From Diplonema japonicum (taxonomy: Eukaryota > Protista > Euglenozoa: Diplonemea): 64,000 nt of DNA. The notes beneath the pieces are model-generated. The model saw nothing but the letters and a program-made list of their open reading frames with translations. It did not search any database and had not been told where the DNA came from. Made by a program: the position numbers and the translations under genes. The stretch covers positions 186,001-250,000 of the forward strand of contig OZ025681.1 in NCBI GenBank assembly GCA_964019335.1, read 5' to 3'. Positions within the stretch are counted from its first letter, which is position 1; every line of letters begins with the position of its first letter. This document shows, piece by piece, positions 56,281 through 64,000 of the stretch.

Positions 56281-57952
56281 TTTCCGTTCGTTTTTTTTTT
56301 TTTTTTTGGTGCCTTATTTTTTTCCTGTGTTTGAACTTAACAGTGACAACGGGGGAGAAAAAAAACCTTTTCCAAAGATAACTTATTATTGTTGGCAAAG
56401 TGTGGTGCTTTATTTCTTTGTGCGCACGATCGGAATTCTACCAAATAAAAATAGCTCATTACGCTGCCATCAACTAGTAGTTATTCTCGAACATTAATAT
56501 TGTCATAACAAAGAACTAGTTTGAGCGGAAAAGAAAAAGAAAGAGATAAAGGAGGTTCCTGTCTTGGAACGTTCCCCTTGTCTCTATTTATCTACCCCCT
56601 TTCTCCCTTCTGGGGCCTCTGGAAAGAAATGATGAACATGGCCTCAGGGGGCCTGTCCGGAAGATAGCGATGAACGTTGAAAAAAAATGGGGCGAAACGC
56701 TTTAACATCACAGTGGCTATTTTTTTTCCCCATTCCTTTTTGTTTTCTTCTTTTTTCAAAGAAAGTCCTTCAAGGAATAAAAAAAAAAGAGTCGGCTGAT
56801 TATTTGTGCAAGCCGTTTCCACCTACAGTCGCGGTGCACCTGGAGAAGAAAGGGGAGCCCTCGTGGTACTGGACAACACTGTGGGGCCTCGGGGCAGGGG
56901 AGGAGCAGACCCTTCCTGTAGGGGTAAACGCAAGCTGCCTCTACTCTTTTTTGCAATAACAATTCTTTTCAAAAATTTGTTTACTTGTTCCAGCAAAAAA
57001 AAAAAAAGAAAGAAAGGGAGAAAAGAAATATAATTTTTTGATCTTTTTTTTTTTTTTTTTTTTTTTTTTATATATATATATTCTACGGTTTTCTTTTCTT
57101 TTTTTCTCTTTTTGCGTTCTGAAGCATGTATATTACCGCATTGAAGAGAAGAAGAAAAAAAAAGGAAAGAAATACTATTGCGTGTGGTGTGCTCAATCCC
57201 AAGCCGAGGTGCCCCCGGGCGTGCAGCTTGCTGGCGATCACACACAAGGAGGTCAACAGCGAACAACACATCTGATGTACTTCTTTATATCTCTTATGTT
57301 ATCCCAATCACTATAAAAATGAAAAGGGAAAGTAAATAATAATGGTAGCTTTAAGGTGCACATCATTCTTCTGCGCGCACGAGTGAGTAAACAAATAAAA
57401 TTACTCATTACGCTGCCACCAATTAGCTTTTTAGTATCGAACAATACAATTGTCAAAAACAGTAAGAATAAAAGCAGAAAAAGTTGGAAAAAAAATAAAT
57501 GGGAGAACATGTCTGCTTCTATTTTTTTTTTCTTCTTTCTTCCAATTACTGTAAAAAAGAAATCTCCCTTTTTCTATGTATGTATAAAGGTTTTCTTTTT
57601 TTCTTTCCTTAAAAGAGCTGACAGCTTGTTGTTCGAGCTAAGTCGGGGAAAAAGGAATTGTCCCTTTTTGACAGTTTGTGCCAATCGTGTTCACCTACAG
57701 GGTAGGGATAAAGGGACGTGGCCTCTGCTCTTTCTTGAGATACAATTCTTTAGCAAAGAAAAAAAAAAAAAAAACAACTTTTCCATTCCGAGACGCTGCT
57801 CTTTTCAATGGACAAAAGATTAAAGAGATTTACAGTAATCAGTTGATAAAAGAATTCGGCGTTTCTTCTTTATTTTGTAAGTTATTTGATGGGGGGGATA
57901 AATATATAAAAATGGAAGCCTGAAGTTTCCTTCTTCTTTTTAACTTTTTCTT

Positions 57953-58426
57953 CTAAACAACACTTTGCACGGGAGGAGCCTGGGTACCATCCTGAGGGGG
58001 AGGATAAGCACCATCCTGAGGGGGAGGATAGGCACCATCCTGAGGGGGAGGATAGGCCCCACCCTGAGGGGCACCGCCCTGAGTGGCGGGATAAGCGTAA
58101 ACGGGTTCAGTAGAATTCGCCTGCTGGGTAGGCTTGTTACAGCAGCACTTGACACAGCAGAAAATACAGAGGCCGATCCCAATACACGTCAGCACGCTGC
58201 CCACAACAATAAAAGCGATCGAGAAACCAGTCAGCTTGCAGTCGTAGAGGGGCGACACAGTGTTGCTGTTCCTCTCACAGGTACTCCAAGGGCAGATGCA
58301 CTTGTACTCAGAATACACCAGTCCTCCCGACGAGAGCTCCCTGTAACAGTAGTCATTCTGCGGGTTGGTCTCATCACACCCGGAGACAGCAAGAACAAAC
58401 AGCGACAACACAGCGATAACCTTCAT
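57953..58426 (-). CDS. Small Cys-rich single-pass membrane protein, copy 12
   Basis: Same architecture, 24-bp tail repeats. Confidence 0.9.
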   Translation of the reverse strand: MKVIAVLSLFVLAVSGCDETNPQNDYCYRELSSGGLVYSEYKCICPWSTCERNSNTVSPLYDCKLTGFSIAFIVVGSVLTCIGIGLCIFCCVKCCCNKPTQQANSTEPVYAYPATQGGAPQGGAYPPPQDGAYPPPQDGAYPPPQDGTQAPPVQSVV

Positions 58427-59456
58427 TTCTCCTCTTTTCCTTTGTTCCTGTGTTAGCTAACGGGGTAAGATGAAGGGTGGGGGGAGAAAACGACATTCAT
58501 AGAAATTGGAAACCTTCCCGTTTTCTACTTGTCGTGCCCGAGGGGTTGACGTTCCACTGTGCTACTGCCTGTGCGTCGGGGGGGGGGGGGGGGGGAGGTA
58601 TAAGAGACAAAGGAGCTAAAGAAATAAGAAAAGTGATGAATATGAAAGAAGATACGTTGGGAAAAAAAAAAAAACTGGGGCGAAAAACCTTTTAACATCA
58701 CAGTCGGCCTTTTCTTTTTGATTTATTCTTTTTTTTTTTTCTTTCTCATTGTTCAAAGAAAAAAAAAATAAAATAAAATAAAAAAAGTTTTGCGCTCCAA
58801 TTCTCTAAAAAGAAAAACCCACGAAAAGAGAGAGCCAATATGGACAATTTTTTCCAGTCCTCTTAACGGAAGTAAACGGGGATTTCTTTTAGAGATGTGA
58901 TACGCTGGATCATTAACATGGTGGTGTGGGGGGTGTGGGGTAAAGGAGAAGCTTTTAATATATAGCAGGTATGCTTCTTGCCTCTTCGCCTGCAAGCCTA
59001 GAAACTATACTTAAAAAAAGGGGGGGGGATAAAAGGGAAAAAGAAAACTTGAGCATTGCGGCATTAAGTTGCACATTTCAGCCTTAAAATGAAACAGCAA
59101 AATAAAGCAGTAAATAGTTCTTCCTTCTTTCTTCTTTTTACTGTAAAAAGCCTTTTTTTTTTCTTTTCCTGTATAAAAATCTTCATTCGTCTATTTACAA
59201 AATGAGAAAATGTCAGAACATGCCGAGTGAAGCCACTCTATAAACAGCAAAAACAACAATATATTCCTTCAACAAGACAAGATATAAGATAATTTACAGT
59301 AATCAGGTGGTAAATGGTATAAAAAATAAAAATAAAAATAAAAATAAAAAAGCCATAACAAAAATAAAATAAAAAGGGGGTATAAAAAAAATATATATGA
59401 AACGTACCGTCTTCTGTTTTTTTTTTTTTTTCTTTTTTCTTTTTTTTTTTCTTTTT

Positions 59457-59491
<35 letters not shown>

Positions 59492-59619
59492 CGTTCGCTG
59501 CCCTCGAAGTTGCCGAATTTATTCTGGCAGTTTACATTTTGCTTTTTTTTTTTTTTTTTTTTTTTTGTAGAACACGGTACTATATTTTTTTTTTTTTTTT
59601 TTTTCTAACTTTCTTTCTT

Positions 59620-60111
59620 CTAAGCCGCACATTGCGGGGGAGGAGCCTGGGTACCATCCTGAGGGGCGCCTTCCTGCGGAAGAAGACAGGTACCATCCTG
59701 AGGAGGAAGATAGGTGCCACCCTGAGGGGGATAGGCACCACCCTGAGGATAGGTAGCCTGAGCAGGGTAGACCGCAGCACCAGCCTGAGGGGGATAGGCA
59801 TAAACAAGTTCAGTAGTTGTAGTTTGCTGGGTAGGCTTGTTACAGCAGCACTTGACACAGCAGAAAATACAGAGGCCGATCCCAACACACGTCAGCACGC
59901 TGCCCACAACAATAAAAGCGATTGCGAAACCAGTCAGCTTGCAGTCGTAAGTGCTGCCGCTCCTCTCACAGGTACTCCAAGGGCAAACACAGTCATAGCT
60001 CTTAATCAGGGATCCCGAGAATTCCAAGTAACAGAAATTGCTATCAGGGTTGGTGTCATCACACCCGGAGACAGCAAGAACAAACAGCAACAACACAGCG
60101 ATAACTTTCAT
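59620..60111 (-). CDS. Small Cys-rich single-pass membrane protein, copy 13
   Basis: Same architecture, divergent ectodomain loop. Confidence 0.88.
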   Translation of the reverse strand: MKVIAVLLLFVLAVSGCDDTNPDSNFCYLEFSGSLIKSYDCVCPWSTCERSGSTYDCKLTGFAIAFIVVGSVLTCVGIGLCIFCCVKCCCNKPTQQTTTTELVYAYPPQAGAAVYPAQATYPQGGAYPPQGGTYLPPQDGTCLLPQEGAPQDGTQAPPPQCAA

Positions 60112-60193
60112 GTTTTCACTCGTTTTTTTTTTTTTTCTTATGTTTTCTTATGTTATTTCCTGTGTTGAACTAACGGGGTAAAAAAAAAAAAAA

Positions 60194-63100
60194 CTCGATA
60201 AAATTTCAGTGTGCATGGGGGTGCTCACTGTTCAGGTAGAAATTCACACTAATCGGTCACCGTTCTGCGGTTGCTGTCTGGTGCCTGCGGTGGCTGTTTG
60301 TCGCGATGAGATGGACGGCATCTGGGCGAGAAACATTGCTTGGCGTCGTGCTAGGTAGGGGGGGGTTTGGCTCGAGGAGAAGAGTGGTCTCCTGTGGTAG
60401 CCGTGTGCCGTCGGGCCCCCAAGATGTCGAAGGGTATGCACCCTTGATTTGGCGTTGGCGGGGAAGGCTGACCTTCCACAGCGTGCTGAGCATTTCTGGA
60501 TGCGACCCAAGATGTATCGCATCCTTGCGGCCTTCTCCGTGAGCAGGTCTTGATCGTCGAGGGGACCTATGAGTGACCGGCGGGTGGTCTGCTCATAGTC
60601 TATGGCGAGTTCCATTGTAGTGACGGAAGTTTTCTTCTTACCATCGTACCATCGTAGGCCTCTTAGCCACTTGAGGACGTTCTTCAAATGAAAGGTCAGG
60701 ACCGCGCCTGACGCCCCGTTCGCCTTCAGCAACGCTTCCGTCGGAACATCATGTTGCCTCCCTGTCGTTACCTCATCCCAAGGGTTGGAGGTGAGCACTC
60801 TCTTGCTTTTTTCCGCTGCTCTGGCGTCACGGACCGTCACTACTTTCAGGAGGTATTGTTGCACCATCCTGGCACGTTCTTTCCCTGCCTTGTCGGCTCC
60901 TCTTGGGACTATCCCGTGAAGGGCTGTGGCAGCTGGGAGGCCTTCTCGCTTCACCTCTGCGTATTGCTCGCTTTCCAACACACTCCTTGCCGGCTCGCAC
61001 TCCCACAGTGCATGCTCCGTCATGCTGGTCGTTGTCTGGGACCGGTGGTCGCAAACGTCACACGCTAATGCTGGGTTTTCCACACCAGGGCCATCCAATT
61101 TTCTCCCCCACACCCTCGGGTGAGTCGTGAACACTGCACCACTAATGATGCGCCGCAACCTAAAGGACACCAACGGTCTCCGGGCCTGGAGCTTTTTCCA
61201 CCAATAGTTCGTGGACGGGCACGCCCCTGCCTCCATCCCCACGAAGGTTGATCTCTTCTCGATCAGCCTCTTCGCAACTGCCGGTCTGATGGCTTGCCTC
61301 ACTTTGTGAGCCACCGCTGTATCTCCGTGCAGGTCGGCCACAAAGGACCATCCCTTCCCCAGAAAGGGGAGCCATCTGTTCCGCAGGACTCCAATCGGAC
61401 CCATCACCTCATCGTCATCACGGTCCTGGTATAGACCAATGATCTCACCAACACGCTGCCGCAAACGCGGAGAGGCCAGGCTCTCCCGGACCAAGCTGTT
61501 TATCGTTCCGTAGATGACCTTCGACAGCGGATGTGCCGTATGCCCTGGCAGCAGAACGTTCAGTACAGACACGGGGTTTCTCATCCCGAACTGGGGGCCC
61601 CACAAGGAGACCACTGCCGCTGTACACATCTTCTTCAGCTGGTCGTCCGAGGGTGCCGCATACGTCGCTCCGTACAGACACGACGGTAGCACAGTGCTCG
61701 TCAACATCGTCGACTTGTTCTCAAACCCTAGTGGCAAAGCTCCGAGACGGGTCAGGCGTCCCTCCGCTGCGTCCAGCTTGTCCAGCCTGTGATTCCCATC
61801 CATTCTCAGGTTCACGCCAAGTGATTTGATCTCCCTAGCTACCTTGAACGAGGAACCGGTGCATACTAAACTAGAGCCGATCTCGTTTTTCGTCGAGAAT
61901 CCCTGCGACTTCTTTCCGTTGAGGCGCATCTCTGTCCGGTCCCCGAACTCGATCACCTTGTTGGTCGCCCTTGTCAGGACCTCCGCTAAACGCGCCAGGA
62001 GGTACACGTCATCCGCGTACGAAAGTGACCAAGCTCCTGGTACTTCCGTCATCACGCACTTCACCATCACCGACACCAAGGCGTTCACCATGATTACCGA
62101 GATGGGGCACCCTTGCAGGATACCATTCGTCACTCGGAACTCTGAGCCAACACCTGTCGGGAAACGGAATCGCCGCTTCAGGTTCGCATACATAGCTTTC
62201 AAGGGGGTCAGTATCCGCTCGTGCAAACCGAGATCTTGCATCAGGCCAAAAGCTATCTGCTGTGGGACTCTGTCGAAGCACTTGACAAAATCCAACGCAA
62301 TGCCGTTGAGAGGGGTGCCTGTCAACAGCGCCTCTTCGAGCTGTGTACTGAGCTCCATCAGAATGCTATCCGTGCCTCTCTTCGGTCTGAAACCATGCTG
62401 AGAGTCGTCGATCCACTTCTCTTGCCACAGCGTGATGTCACGCAGCCTCGCACATGCCCACAGCCGATAGACCGCGCTCGTGACTGTGATCGGCCGATGG
62501 TTCAGAGGAGTCCTCTCGCCACCCTTCGGGATCAACGTCACCAGCGCTGTCAGGAGTGCTTTCGGCCACTTCCCTGTCGTCTCGACTGCGTTGAACAGCT
62601 CGGCCCAAGCATCCAGCAGTACTACCGGCATGGCACGCAGTTCCGCCATCCTCCATCCATCCACCCCTGGAGCCGTTCTCGTTGACTTCTTGGCCAACAC
62701 CGCCCTCAGATCCTCTCCTGTAAGTGGTCGAAGTTCCATCTTCTGCGACACGATGTACTCCCTGTACCTCGTTCTAAAGGCGTTGTACTGCGGCTCTCCT
62801 CGATCCCCACCGTACAGCTGAAAAATAGGGTCCCACTCCTTGTGCATCATCTTGTCCATCTCTTCAAGATCTGCCGTGAGAACCCCGTCGCCTTCCACTG
62901 CCTGCGTTGCTGATGCCGTTGTGCCCTTCACGAAGGCGGTCACCCTCTTCCGTTCCTCCTTGAAGTGGGTGTTGATCCTCTCTTCATACTTCCTTTCACG
63001 CTCGACCCTCGCGTCCTTTGCGATCACTCGCGCCAGAGCGGACAGGTCGTCGTCTAGGCGTTGAAGTTTGATGATAATCGTTTCAAAATTGTCCTTCATC

Positions 63101-64000
63101 AGACCCACCTCGCATCTCGGAAGCTGCGGGAGCTTCGCTAGCACCTTTATAGCATTCGCCCAAGTCCTCAGCAGCTGCTCCGGCATGTTGCTTGCTAGTC
63201 CCCTGTCGAGCAGATCTTGGACTCCCGCAAGGATGTGCGAGACTTTCCGCTTCACCTCGGCGATGCACTTCTGCCAGCCCACTGCCGCACCTGTCGCCTC
63301 AACCACAGATTTCGCCGACAGGCACTTCTCCTTTGGTTGTCGCGCCACGCTTCTCCCGACGTAGGCCCTCCGTCTCACCGCTGGCAGGTCCCCGATGCAG
63401 CATTCCTCCGAAACGCACGCTAACGTACTATACGCATCGTCAATGTCGCCGTCGCCCAGCTTCTGCGCAAATCCCCCGACCTGTAGCAGCTCAGCAACTC
63501 GGTCATCATCAGCAGCTTCCATCGGCAACTCCCTCGGGACGAAGTATTTCCTCGTCATGCACTTGAGGGCCGGGATCCGGAGCTGGATTGAGAGGCAGCG
63601 GTGCTCGTTGGTGTAGACTGCGTCGTGTACCCACACCTTCTGTAGGCCTGCCGCCGCGATCGGGTTCAGCAGAACGTAGTCGATACGCGTCTTCGTGTTG
63701 GTGGCCTGCCTGGCAAAGGTGTGGCATGGTTCCACGCCATCCCTCTCGGCTTGCAGCATAGCAGCATCCACCCAATCGCTCCCCACCGCCTGTTGTAGCA
63801 CTCCCGACTGTGACACCGCGGTGTTGAAATCGCCTGCCACGATGATCGGTACGTCACCGAGGACGCATCTCATCTTGTTCAGGACCTTATCCAGCAGAGC
63901 CTCCCGCTGGTGCTTGCCGTGACCGCCCGAGTGACAGTAGACTACGATCAGGTAACCACATATCTCGACCATCTAGGTTGATCATCGAGTGTACCCACCT
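60194..64000 (-). mobile_element. Non-LTR retrotransposon copy 2 (runs off the window); ORF 60244-63972 encodes APE C-half, RT and knuckle
   Basis: Collinear with copy 1 (VAGDFN, RIDYV, YADD, CDVC..EHALWEC). Apparent frameshift near 63960, since the upstream frame reads RWVHSMINLDGRD. Confidence 0.92.

Noticed and set aside
24903-60111. Array ectodomains as EGF-like substrates of the neighbouring AspH enzyme
   Set aside because: They share Y-x-C-x-C but lack the C-x-D/N-x4-Y/F-x-C-x-C consensus and EGF cysteine spacing.
28927-60168. Conserved plus-strand ORFs (TAALDTAENTEADPNTRQH...) over each array gene
   Set aside because: Antisense shadows with inconsistent starts and stops; conservation follows from the sense gene.

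Overview
Eukaryotic, AT-rich DNA with very long homopolymer runs. Every credible host gene is intronless and on the minus strand. That layout, A-rich leaders, a polypyrimidine+AG acceptor and two C-x-H/C...LRCRxC + CCCH zinc-finger genes suggest a euglenozoan (diplonemid-like) polycistronic unit; this is inference. Left part (1-23 kb): two zinc-finger genes, a secretory TPR + Asp/Asn beta-hydroxylase (AspH-like) gene and, 135 bp further on, a ~2,600-aa membrane protein. That protein has four nearly identical 511-aa DOMON + copper type II monooxygenase (DBH/MOXD1-like) modules, two more DOMON domains and a C-terminal cytochrome b561, so it appears to carry its own transmembrane electron supply. 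Right part (24.9-60.1 kb): an array of 13 intact and several broken small single-pass proteins (signal peptide, 6-Cys ectodomain with variable loops, near-invariant TM/Cys cluster, variable YPPPQ tail) whose ectodomains and tails are shuffled between copies. The array is invaded by an ankyrin gene joined to a piggyBac-like end, a decayed pogo-type transposon, a TIR element with a TAG duplication and tRNA-like cargo, and two APE-RT non-LTR retrotransposons. One of the latter encodes an OTU-like protease in frame with the endonuclease across a single TGA. All calls are from reading the sequence; no searches were run.
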